Positions 15,420-24,088 of a stretch of 39,587 nucleotides of DNA are shown piece by piece (the stretch's first letter is position 1; every line of letters starts with the position of its first letter). This DNA is from a virus. The DNA lies in IMG/VR virus record IMGVR_UViG_2636416074_000001, positions 1 through 39,587 of that record; one strand, 5' to 3'. The position numbers were made by a program, and so were the translations under genes. Below the pieces are notes generated by a model. The model had not been told where the DNA came from. It ran no database searches and was given only the letters and a program-made list of their open reading frames with translations.

Positions 15420-16046
15420 TTATCCTTCATTTTCAAGTACGGTTTGTACCTGATCCCAGTTTTCATTGATTTCTTCCGGAGACATCTTCTCGATCTGTTC
15501 CCGGGTGATTGTATTCCCTGCGTTATCTTTCGGAGGGGTATAGCTATTTTCATCCATGCGATTTTTCACCTGATCCTGAACGATTGCATTCAGTTTCTCT
15601 TGAAAGAAGTTTAAGTTTTCTACGGTGGAATCTTCGTCTTCTCCGAGGAAATAGTCCACCATATCCGTAGGAATCTGCTTTTCATTAGCAACATTGAGCG
15701 CTTTATTTCGGAGAGCTTCACGATTTTTCTCATTCTGCATGGCCTCCATTTGTTTACGCATCTTCTCAATTTCCATTTCCTGCGGAGACTTCTGAGGGTT
15801 CTTTTTATTCACTTCTTCTTCAATCAGAGAATCAAGGTTATTTGCTTTCCATGTCTCAAGAGCACGATTATGGTGCTTATCCTTCTCCCGATCCATCCAT
15901 GCTTTTGCATCTTTGTCTTCCTTCACAAGTTGCTGGACCTTATCCAATGTAATCTCCTGCTCGTCAGCATTTGAATTGATAAACTCCTTCACTTGCTCAT
16001 CCGTTAAATTCTGTTCCAACCAAGCTTTAATTTCTTCCCATTTCAT
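15420..16046 (-). CDS. Scaffolding protein (DUF4355-like)
   Basis: Highly charged helical protein between the MuF-like and capsid genes. Confidence 0.75.
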   Translation of the reverse strand: MKWEEIKAWLEQNLTDEQVKEFINSNADEQEITLDKVQQLVKEDKDAKAWMDREKDKHHNRALETWKANNLDSLIEEEVNKKNPQKSPQEMEIEKMRKQMEAMQNEKNREALRNKALNVANEKQIPTDMVDYFLGEDEDSTVENLNFFQEKLNAIVQDQVKNRMDENSYTPPKDNAGNTITREQIEKMSPEEINENWDQVQTVLENEG

Positions 16047-16096
16047 TATTCATACCTCCTGTGCCCCTCTAACGCTTTCGCCCCAGAGACGCAAAA

Positions 16097-16987
16097 TTAA
16101 GACGCAAGTCCTCTGGATTCTCTCCAGGTCCTTACGCTAGTGTAATCAATTTCTTTCTTCGCTTCGTTGTCGTATTTACGTGACGGTTCCCATCCTGCTA
16201 CTACCGGGATATAGTCACTCCGACAAGAGACATGCGTGTCATCCGGGATCTCCGGTTTATCGCCACCCACCGGGTACCGATTACCATCTAAGCCCTGACA
16301 AATCTCACTCGTTTTATTGTCGAGGGTGGCATCAAACATTAATTCTTCTACCACATCCGATTGTTCATAAATTCGGTCTGCTGCTTGTCTTGTCACCCGA
16401 GCCACTTCGTTTTGAACCAGTCTGGTAGATTCGAAAGCACTGGTACCGAATTCTTTCTTTAATTCCCGAGCCAGTTTCGTCGGGTCTTTTCCGGTAAGCA
16501 TATTTCTTTCCAGGATATCTCTGAGCCGCGCCGTCATTTTATCTTTGTTTTTCCAGACGCGATCCGAGAACATTTCTCCGGCAATCGGCGTATAGACGGC
16601 AGCTTCAATCATTTCGGGCCTAAGAAGTGAGAAGGAAACAATTTGCTCCATGCCCCGATCCAGTGTGTAAGCTGTGCGATAGTACATGTCCTCATACCGT
16701 TTCTTTAGAATATCGGTGGACTCCTCAACTTCAATCCTTCCTAATTTCTCTGCTTGTTCTGCTATCTGTTTCTCCATTTGCCGAAGCGTGTTGAACCGCT
16801 CCTGTTTTGTGAACGATAGCTTTCCCTCATCATCCGTATTATTCTCAACGATATTTGTAATCTCAGCCTGAATGATTTTTAGCGACTTTCGGTACGCTTC
16901 CAGTAACGGAGATAAGTCACGTCCAGCCATACGCTCCTGACGACGACGGAGACGTTTGATTTCATCACTCAGTGTCATCGTCATCAC
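16097..16987 (-). CDS. Minor head protein, SPP1 gp7 / Mu F family
   Basis: Motif TLDNKTSEICQGLDGNRYPVG; follows the portal gene. Confidence 0.8.
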   Translation of the reverse strand: MMTMTLSDEIKRLRRRQERMAGRDLSPLLEAYRKSLKIIQAEITNIVENNTDDEGKLSFTKQERFNTLRQMEKQIAEQAEKLGRIEVEESTDILKKRYEDMYYRTAYTLDRGMEQIVSFSLLRPEMIEAAVYTPIAGEMFSDRVWKNKDKMTARLRDILERNMLTGKDPTKLARELKKEFGTSAFESTRLVQNEVARVTRQAADRIYEQSDVVEELMFDATLDNKTSEICQGLDGNRYPVGGDKPEIPDDTHVSCRSDYIPVVAGWEPSRKYDNEAKKEIDYTSVRTWRESRGLAS

Positions 16988-18293
16988 CAGCTGTCGCCTG
17001 TGGATTCAGACCAACGCTATCAAGATCAATCATGCCTGACCTTCGTTCTTCCACTTCCTTTTTGAAGCGTTCCACTTCGACTTTCGGGTTCTCTACAAAT
17101 GGCAGCAAGGATAGCAACGTTTCCTGAGAAACCGTATTTTCCAGTTTCGATATCGTATCAGCCAGGAGATTGATATCCGCTGGAATGTTCATCGTGAATT
17201 TCAGCTGCACATCTTTATAGTCGTAGCTCTCACCTTCCCGGCGCTGGACAAAGCCAAAGTACGCTTTCAACCGTTCTTTCATCGTCTGCTCCAGCATCGA
17301 TTGCATGAGCGTACATTTATTTTCCAAAGCGATCATACGACTTCGGAGCGCTGTTCCGGATAAGTTACTCTGTAGTTTTTCATTCGTATCGATGTGACTG
17401 GCCATCTTGTACATTTTCTCTTCCAAGTTAGCCAGCAGATTCTGAACGAACGTGTCATTGATTTCTTTCGTGAGATATTCAATCTTCACTTTGTCGTTAT
17501 TGACTTTCAGGATCCCGGATTCTTTCATCCGTTCCGCATCTTCAGTCGTTATATCCGCACCGATAATTTTCAGGAACGCTTGACGGAAGTCGGAAACCTC
17601 ATTCACCAAATCAGAAAGCACGTTATTGTACGCGTCATTCTCCCGCTTAATATCATCAAGCATCGACTGTCGCTCCGGGTTCGCTTCACAGATTCGCACC
17701 GGCGGTCGAGAGAAGTTGATTTCTCTTGCTCCAAGATAATCTCCGACTATTTTAGAATGCTTACTGATGCGGTAATGGTGAATTTCGTTTTCAAAGTACA
17801 CGTCCAGGAGATGATGATCCGAAAACATATCTTCCGGATATTCATGCAGCGCCAGTTTGACCTGACCTTCGGCATCTCCACTTTCCACCACGAAAGCATT
17901 CAAGGGATTGAGCACCGTCGCCCGGAATTCCCCGTCTTCCGTGGTGTACCAGAGTTCATATGCTTCTCCGTAAATATTGGTCTGCTTCATGAGATTCTGA
18001 TCATGAACCTTCTCCCAGTGAGCGAAGTTGCGTTCCAGTTTATCTACGACTCCTGCATCCCCGGACCGAGATATATAGTTCACTGGATGGCCGAGGGAAT
18101 ACGCAATCTCATCATTGATAAACTTCCGGAAGAAGTTCACGACGATCCGCATGTTCGACCTGGACTTCGCCATCTTATAATCACGAAGAATGTCATGCTC
18201 CCCTTCGTAGTACTCTTTATATTTTTTCTTACGTTGCTGCTGTTTTCGATACTCCTGCAAACATTTCTCCAGTAAGTCTCTCGTCAATTCCAC
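16965..18293 (-). CDS. Portal protein (SPP1 gp6-like)
   Basis: 442 aa; follows terL; GTG start with SD GGAGGTGA. Confidence 0.85.
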   Translation of the reverse strand: MELTRDLLEKCLQEYRKQQQRKKKYKEYYEGEHDILRDYKMAKSRSNMRIVVNFFRKFINDEIAYSLGHPVNYISRSGDAGVVDKLERNFAHWEKVHDQNLMKQTNIYGEAYELWYTTEDGEFRATVLNPLNAFVVESGDAEGQVKLALHEYPEDMFSDHHLLDVYFENEIHHYRISKHSKIVGDYLGAREINFSRPPVRICEANPERQSMLDDIKRENDAYNNVLSDLVNEVSDFRQAFLKIIGADITTEDAERMKESGILKVNNDKVKIEYLTKEINDTFVQNLLANLEEKMYKMASHIDTNEKLQSNLSGTALRSRMIALENKCTLMQSMLEQTMKERLKAYFGFVQRREGESYDYKDVQLKFTMNIPADINLLADTISKLENTVSQETLLSLLPFVENPKVEVERFKKEVEERRSGMIDLDSVGLNPQATAGDDDDTE

Positions 18294-18297
18294 CTAA

Positions 18298-20010
18298 TCA
18301 CCTCCCGAACAATACCGCGCTGTCCATAAATTCGACCTGCGGCACGTCTTCAATTTCATCGATCAGTCTGTCGAATTCCGCTGTCACGTCCGGCGCATCA
18401 TCATGCAGGGAGTACCCTTCTCCCTCGTAACTCATCACCTGTTCACGGAAATCCTCGTCTTCTTCCGCAAAAATAATAGAGCCGTTATCCACTTTCGCGG
18501 ATATGGCTCTAATCTTCGCTTCTTTATTCTTATTTTGACGTTCATTTATGATCTGAATACGACGAGCACTCAAGGAGGCGTCCGCTTCGATGCGCTTCTC
18601 AATCTCCCGGACGTCTGCCCCGTTATACGTGTTCTTCTCCACCCAGATATGCGTGATGTCTTCGTATTTCTCGAGTAGCTTGATCACGTTATCGATGTAT
18701 TCATCGAAGGGAACCTTCACCAGTCGCCCCTCCCGGCACCACCGGAAGTTGTTGCTGGTAAGACCGCCTACCAACAGAGCTGTGCTGTCGTTATGGGCTG
18801 CCGTTTCGACGGCCGGGTCACAGAGAAGCATCGTTTTCTCAAAATGTTGCTGTTCGATGACCTCTCTCGGCTTACGAGTCATATGGTGGAATGCTTTTTC
18901 TCCGATCTTCGAAGCATCGTTCTGCATTTCCTGCTTGAAACTGATCGGATCCTCGTAATAATCGAGCGCCAGCTCCAGACAATCGAACTTATCCGGCCAG
19001 AGAACGTCATACTGCATATCTTCTTCATGCTGATAGTAGTATTCATACGCATTCTCTTCGGCGTGGGGATCGGACGCATTAAAGTAGATCCGTTTGAACT
19101 CTTTCCAGTGACCACTATTAAACAGCTCGTCCACATCGTCCTCAATCACCCGTTCTTTCATCACCTTGTACGCTTTGTTGTTCGAGATTCGGCTGACAAA
19201 ACAGTCGCGGTGCAGAATCGTTCCGAGCACAATGAACTTCGTGGCCATCTTAATTTTCTTCCCGTCCCGAAAGACCGCTTTATCTCCGGCATACTTTGCG
19301 TCCTGCTGCCACGTATTATATTTACTGTCCCGCGCTTCCTGCGTAATCACATCTCTTTTCCCCTGGTAGTCATCGGCAATGATGATGGAAGGTCGGTGAC
19401 CATTGTATTTTTTCCCACGGAGAGAGGATGTACTGGAGATCGCCTGTACTTTCGTATGGTTCGTGAGCTCCAGCTCCAATTTATTGACGATGCCTTTGTT
19501 CGTATCAATCAGCTGCCCAAAGGCGTAACGGATATATGGATTCTCTTCAAGCGCATGGCGCGTCTCTTTCACAAACTCCACCGCATCCTGTTCCGTTTTA
19601 CCAGCGACGAGCGTGTAGTGACTGATTGCGTAACAATGCGCCCATACCGACAGCGCCATATCTCCGGCCGTCGTTTTACCAATCCCACGCGGTACCACAA
19701 ACGCTTGTGCATCGTGGGAGTCATGGATCATCAGGTCTTCCATCTCGCCCCACATGTCATAGTGGACTGGTGCCAGGTCTCTTGCCTCGTTATCCTCCTT
19801 CGGAACAAAGATGTCCTGGAGAAAGTAAAGACAGAAGAATTCCATCGATCGTTTCCCCAAGGCGTGTGCCAGTCCACCCGGTCCGAACATATTCCGGCGG
19901 TGTTTCTGCATGAGCTCTTTCGCTTTGTCGGAGCCGTAGGATTTTGCAAGGTAGGTATATAAGGTTTTTCGATTTTCTTTGGTATTGATTTCTACGGTGC
20001 TTTGACTCAT
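18298..20010 (-). CDS. terL: Terminase large subunit
   Basis: Walker A VVPRGIGKTT; IIADD Walker B-like motif; C-terminal nuclease-type region. Confidence 0.9.
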   Translation of the reverse strand: MSQSTVEINTKENRKTLYTYLAKSYGSDKAKELMQKHRRNMFGPGGLAHALGKRSMEFFCLYFLQDIFVPKEDNEARDLAPVHYDMWGEMEDLMIHDSHDAQAFVVPRGIGKTTAGDMALSVWAHCYAISHYTLVAGKTEQDAVEFVKETRHALEENPYIRYAFGQLIDTNKGIVNKLELELTNHTKVQAISSTSSLRGKKYNGHRPSIIIADDYQGKRDVITQEARDSKYNTWQQDAKYAGDKAVFRDGKKIKMATKFIVLGTILHRDCFVSRISNNKAYKVMKERVIEDDVDELFNSGHWKEFKRIYFNASDPHAEENAYEYYYQHEEDMQYDVLWPDKFDCLELALDYYEDPISFKQEMQNDASKIGEKAFHHMTRKPREVIEQQHFEKTMLLCDPAVETAAHNDSTALLVGGLTSNNFRWCREGRLVKVPFDEYIDNVIKLLEKYEDITHIWVEKNTYNGADVREIEKRIEADASLSARRIQIINERQNKNKEAKIRAISAKVDNGSIIFAEEDEDFREQVMSYEGEGYSLHDDAPDVTAEFDRLIDEIEDVPQVEFMDSAVLFGR

Positions 20011-20109
20011 GCTTTCACCTGCCTTTCAGAATGTCACAGATAGACTGTGTGAGCGTTTTATGGTTTTGTGGTAGTTAGGTGTATGTTTGCAGGAAATTGC
20101 TTGTGTAGC

Positions 20110-20376
20110 TTATTCAACAGCCTCATATGTTTTCTCGAAGATATCAGGTTTGCAAGGATAGAATTCGCCGTTCACACCTTTGATTACATAATCCCCAACA
20201 TCAGCACGCATTGTACCTTCCAGTGTTTCAATCCTAAGATACGGGCTGTCCGGATCGTTGTAGTTTACGGCTATATCATCGCCGACCCATTCCGAAATCT
20301 CATGGATAGTATCTGTATTGTCCTGGAACTGAATCGCCTCAATCGCAACCGGCTTCTTTCTGTATTTATTGACCAC
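20110..20376 (-). CDS. Small phage protein, PGDYG-domain-like
   Basis: KKPVAIEAIQF ... VGDYVIKGVNGEFYPCKPDIFEKTYE. Confidence 0.55.
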   Translation of the reverse strand: MVNKYRKKPVAIEAIQFQDNTDTIHEISEWVGDDIAVNYNDPDSPYLRIETLEGTMRADVGDYVIKGVNGEFYPCKPDIFEKTYEAVE

Positions 20377-20379
20377 TCT

Positions 20380-20595
20380 TCATTCCTCCTCTGTCACACA
20401 TGCTTTTGCATATTCAAGCATCCCTAACACATGCAGCTGATCATTCGCCGACCAACCGGCCACCACGGTACCGTCTTCAAGCATAGCCACACAGACAAGT
20501 TTCTCGACACCTTCCTGATTCGTTATATCCTCAATCAGTTCATCTGGTGTCAACTTCCCCAGTCGTTTGAATCGGTGCTTTTCCAACTCATTCAT
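20380..20595 (-). CDS. Hypothetical protein
   Basis: ORF track gives 20380..20604 with a TTG start. The ATG at 20595 overlaps the upstream stop (ATGAATGA). Confidence 0.55.
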   Translation of the reverse strand: MNELEKHRFKRLGKLTPDELIEDITNQEGVEKLVCVAMLEDGTVVAGWSANDQLHVLGMLEYAKACVTEEE

Positions 20596-20752
20596 AGTCT
20601 TCAATCAGTCCCAACGTATTGAGAAACTCATAATAGTAATCCACCACTTTCAGGATATCCTCCCCTTTGACGACAATCCCCTCTTCGATCAGGCGTTCCT
20701 GGATGTATGCGGTGAGCTCTTCGTCTTTTACTTCAATCGGTTCTTCGTTCAT
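20588..20752 (-). CDS. Hypothetical acidic protein (54 aa)
   Basis: ORF track gives 20588..20803. I trimmed it to the ATG at 20752, preceded by GGAGGTAA. Confidence 0.55.
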   Translation of the reverse strand: MNEEPIEVKDEELTAYIQERLIEEGIVVKGEDILKVVDYYYEFLNTLGLIEDYE

Positions 20753-20903
20753 TTGATTACCTCCGACCCTCAAAATTTTGTGCAAAGTTTTATACGTCCC
20801 CAAACCATATAGGAGCTATTCTGAATTAGAACCACCCCCGCCCAATCCTGCATAAAACCAACCAATCCCATTCACTCAGTCATTTCCAGTAACCAACCAA
20901 CCG

Positions 20904-20989
20904 CCTTGATACATCAACGTTTATCGCCTGCATATTTCGTATAAAATCATGAAGTATTTGAACAGCCGATGAACGTTGATATAACAGGC
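20904..20989. repeat. Long imperfect inverted repeat (27-nt arms, 21/27 matched) in the terS-terL intergenic gap
   Basis: CCTTGATACATCAACGTTTATCGCCTG (20904-20930) matches the reverse complement of CAGCCGATGAACGTTGATATAACAGGC (20963-20989). Confidence 0.6.
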
Positions 20990-21057
20990 TTTCAAATCAG
21001 CTCATAGTTTACATAATGTAGCTTTTCGGAAGTAGTTTGTGTATGAAACCTGTATGC

Positions 21058-21468
21058 TTATTCATTGCTTTCGTACTCTTGGAACTCCTGATCCAGTACG
21101 TCAGCTTCAACGTTCTTCTCATCATTCAAGGACGCGTCAAGGTCCAGCTTCGTCGTCGGCTTCCCTAGTGATCTATCCACCAGATACTTGAGTACATCAG
21201 CCTGGACACGCCTGTTGCTGTTATCCTGCGCTATCTCGTACAGCTTACCAACAGCGAAGTCTAACTTAGCATCTATCTTCTTCTCAGCTAAACCCCTCTC
21301 TTTCTGTAAGCGTGAGTTAACTTCGCTAACAAACTCATCGTCATCTAGCCATTTATAAAGGGTAGGGCGACTGATGCCTACTCTCTTTGCAATGTCGCTT
21401 CTGTTCAACTGTCCCTCGGCTACATACTCAATCGCTCTCATTTGTCGCTCGTCTAACACATCAACCAC
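21058..21468 (-). CDS. HTH protein (phBC6A51-type HTH), probable terminase small subunit
   Basis: LDERQMRAIEYVAEGQLNRSDIAKRVGISRPTLYKWLDDDEF; lies downstream of the late regulator. Confidence 0.5.
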   Translation of the reverse strand: MVDVLDERQMRAIEYVAEGQLNRSDIAKRVGISRPTLYKWLDDDEFVSEVNSRLQKERGLAEKKIDAKLDFAVGKLYEIAQDNSNRRVQADVLKYLVDRSLGKPTTKLDLDASLNDEKNVEADVLDQEFQEYESNE

Positions 21469-21642
21469 CCCTCTCTTTTACAAATTAACAAGCAATAGAC
21501 AACTGAAAAGAGCCCCGGCATGGCGTCCGGAGCCCCTCAAGAGGAATATATTTACGTAAGTCTTATCACTTCTATGATATACATCATGGGCTAGTACCTG
21601 CAACAAATGGGAAATGTGTGCAAAGTGGGAGATTCTGCACGC

Positions 21643-22056
21643 TCACTCTACCAGTTTCGCTACAATGTTCCCCCGGATCGTGTTGATGTGTCGTCGGGAA
21701 AGTCCCATGTGATTGCTAATAGCACTGATACTCATTCCATCCAGCAGACAATCCAGTACAACCTTTTCTCTTTCTTGGTCAATTCGTTCAATGCGTTCTT
21801 GAATAAACTCCACTTTATCTACCATTTGCTTCTTTCGTTTCCACTTCTTATCCCTTCGAGCCACTTCATTGCCGATGGCATCTTTCGCTATATCCCCCTG
21901 TGGTTTCGGCATGGTTGCTTCTATCCCGTATTGGGCGACTCCTGCGAACTCCGTCTGATTCAATAGCTTATCGATACGCTGAATCTCTTTAATCATCCAG
22001 TGATAGTCGGATAGGATTTGATAGACTTGATTCTCGGTGATGGTCATGGTGTTCAT
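21643..22056 (-). CDS. Late-gene transcriptional activator (ArpU/RinA/sigma region-4-like)
   Basis: C-terminal HTH LDGMSISAISNHMGLSRRHINTIRGNIVAKL; lies just before the packaging genes. Confidence 0.6.
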   Translation of the reverse strand: MNTMTITENQVYQILSDYHWMIKEIQRIDKLLNQTEFAGVAQYGIEATMPKPQGDIAKDAIGNEVARRDKKWKRKKQMVDKVEFIQERIERIDQEREKVVLDCLLDGMSISAISNHMGLSRRHINTIRGNIVAKLVE

Positions 22057-22060
22057 CTCG

Positions 22061-23440
22061 TTATACCCCCGATTCTTCGATTTGTGCTTTCACGGCATCC
22101 ATCAGAGCTTCCTGTCCTTCTTCTTTACCCTGAAGCACACGCAGCACTTTCTGGTCGATCGTATTTGCTGTGAGAATGTGATGAATGAATACCGTCTCTT
22201 CTTGTCCCTGTCGATGCAGTCTGGCATTCGCCTGCTGGTACAATTCCAGCGACCACGGAAGGCCGAACCATACGATGATGTGTCCGCCTTGCTGAAGGTT
22301 CAATCCATGACCTGCGGATGCCGGATGTGCTAATAACAACGGAACTTCTCCGTCATTCCAGTCTTTCATCACTTCATCGTGCTCATCCAGGGTAATCGCT
22401 TCTTTAAACTTCTTCTGGATACGGTCGCGGTCATGTTGGAAGCTATAGAACACTAACACCGATTGGCCCTGTGCCTCATGGATGATTTCTTCCAACGCTT
22501 CAAGTTTTTTATTGTGAATCAGCTGCACGCCACGGTCTTCGTTATAACTGGCACCGTTCGACAGCTGCAATAGCTTTTGGGTTAAGGCTCCTGCGTTATC
22601 CGCAATGATATCCCCTTCTTCGAATTCCAGAATCTTCTCTTTCTGCAGGTCTTCATAAAAAGCTCGTTCCTTATCGGTCATTTTCACGGTGATCGTATTA
22701 TCGATTCGGTCCGGTAGCTTGATATAGTCCCGGCTTTTCATACTTACGCAGATATCATCAATCTGTTCGTAGATATGCTTTTCGGCTTCCGGTCGTAGCT
22801 TGTACTTTTCGATGAATCCGGCTCCCGTGTGAATCGGATAAAAATAACGCATTTTGTAATACTGCTGCGTCTGCCCTAAACGTTCTCCCCGATCCACCAG
22901 GTAAATTTGGCTCCAGAGATCCAAGAGACTGTTCGGAGCCGGTGTTCCTGTGAGACCGACAAACCGATCAAACAGAGGACTGATTTTCTTCAGATGCTTG
23001 AATCGCTTCGAGGATGGGTCTTTGAAACTCGACAGCTCATCCACCACCAGCATATCGAAAGGTGGTTTCATCCCCCGGTCCCGGTAATAGTCGATCAGCC
23101 AGACGACATTATCCCGATTGATCACATAGATATCAGCATCGGTTAAAAGCGCCTGCCGTCTGTCTTTCTCTTTCCCGAGAACCTTCGATATCTTCAAATG
23201 CTTCGTATGCTCCCACTTCTTCACTTCCTGACTCCACGTGTCACGCGCCACCCGTAAGGGAGCGATCACTAACACTTTGCTGATTTCCACATAGTCATAG
23301 ATAAGCTGTTCAATAGCTGTTAGGGTTGAGACTGTTTTGCCCAGTCACAGACCCATGTCTAAAAACAGCGCATACCTTTTGTTATTCAGGATCTGGTTGA
23401 TTGCATACGTTTGATACGCATGCGGCTGAAATTTAGTCAT
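22061..23440 (-). pseudogene. SNF2-family helicase interrupted by an in-frame TGA inside the Walker A motif
   Basis: ATG at 23440 with SD GGAGGTGA. Translation MTKFQPHAYQTYAINQILNNKRYALFLDMGL*LGKTVSTL..., with TGA at 23347-23345. The same frame continues into the 409-aa ORF 22061..23290. Confidence 0.75.
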
Positions 23441-23475
23441 GGGAAGCATCACCTCCTGCATATTGTATAGAGAGT

Positions 23476-23760
23476 CTATTCATCATCGATGACCCTCCTC
23501 ATGAATTCATCCACTTCTTCTTTGCTGGAAACGGCATAGACGTGCTGGCCTAAATTCTCGAATTGCTTTTTCCGTTTCTCCTGCAGTTTCCGTAGTTTCT
23601 GTCCCGGTCGTTTCACTTCTACGAAATACAACCGCCCACCAGGTAACATGCAGATCCGATCCGGTACTCCGGATAATCCCGGAGATTCGAATTTTACGCA
23701 CCACCCATTCCGTTTCTCGATGTTCGTTTTTAAATGCTTTTCGACGTCTCTTTCTCTCAT
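23476..23760 (-). CDS. VRR-NUC domain nuclease
   Basis: GVPDRICMLPGGRLYFVEVKRPG motif; typical partner of an SNF2 helicase in phage replication modules. Confidence 0.8.
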   Translation of the reverse strand: MRERDVEKHLKTNIEKRNGWCVKFESPGLSGVPDRICMLPGGRLYFVEVKRPGQKLRKLQEKRKKQFENLGQHVYAVSSKEEVDEFMRRVIDDE

Positions 23761-23785
23761 GCTGTACTCACCTCACATTTTAGGG

Positions 23786-24088
23786 GTGTGGGCGTGTGGG
23801 CGTTTTTTTCGATTTCTCAACTTTTTATAAAAAACAGGGGGTATTTCCTATATACTCCCTCTATATATACTTTTAATAGTTTACCTTAAAAATACGACCA
23901 CACTGCCCACAGTAAGGGGTAATCCCTTGATATGACTGGCTTGAAGGTGTGGGCGTAAGGTGTGGGCGTAACGAAATTTCTGCCCACGACGCCCACACCT
24001 GTTTTACTCATTTTAGGTTAATTGGAAAATACTAGTGTGGGCGTGATTTTGAGACGCCCACACCTAATTCGGGTTACGCCCACACCTT
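23786..24088. repeat. Iteron array GTGTGGGCG with an AT-rich spacer; putative phage origin of replication
   Basis: Perfect 9-mers in plus orientation at 23786, 23794, 23947, 23960 and 24035. Inverted copies at 23990, 24055 and 24077. Degenerate copies at 23904 and 23980. AT-rich stretch at 23803-23895. Confidence 0.6.

Noticed and set aside
17394-19962. Two long plus-strand ORFs (293 aa and 389 aa)
   Set aside because: Antisense shadows of the portal and terL genes. Their Arg/Phe/His-rich translations carry no recognisable motifs.
20770-20871. 33-aa minus-strand ORF (MGLVGFMQDWAG…) in the terS-terL gap
   Set aside because: No SD, and it lies within the repeat-rich region.
21469-21642. GAGCCCC…GAGCCCC region as a terminator after the late regulator
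   Set aside because: The two GC-rich blocks are direct repeats, not inverted. Only 3-4 bp stems are possible, and there is no U-tract.
23345-23350. The 6-nt insertion in the SNF2 gene as an intron, intein or recoding signal
   Set aside because: It is far too short for an intron or intein. I see no SECIS-like or slippery context, so a simple lesion or sequencing error is more parsimonious.
23507-23704. 65-aa alternative-frame ORF inside the VRR-NUC gene; similar nested ORFs at 35085-35354, 35918-36181 and 6688-6936
   Set aside because: They overlap better-supported genes on the same strand in another frame. They have no SD and Arg/Ser-rich translations.
23786-24088. The GTGTGGGCG repeats as a possible CRISPR array
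   Set aside because: The repeats are only 9 nt, occur in both orientations, have irregular or zero spacing and have no cas genes nearby. The pattern fits iterons or operators.
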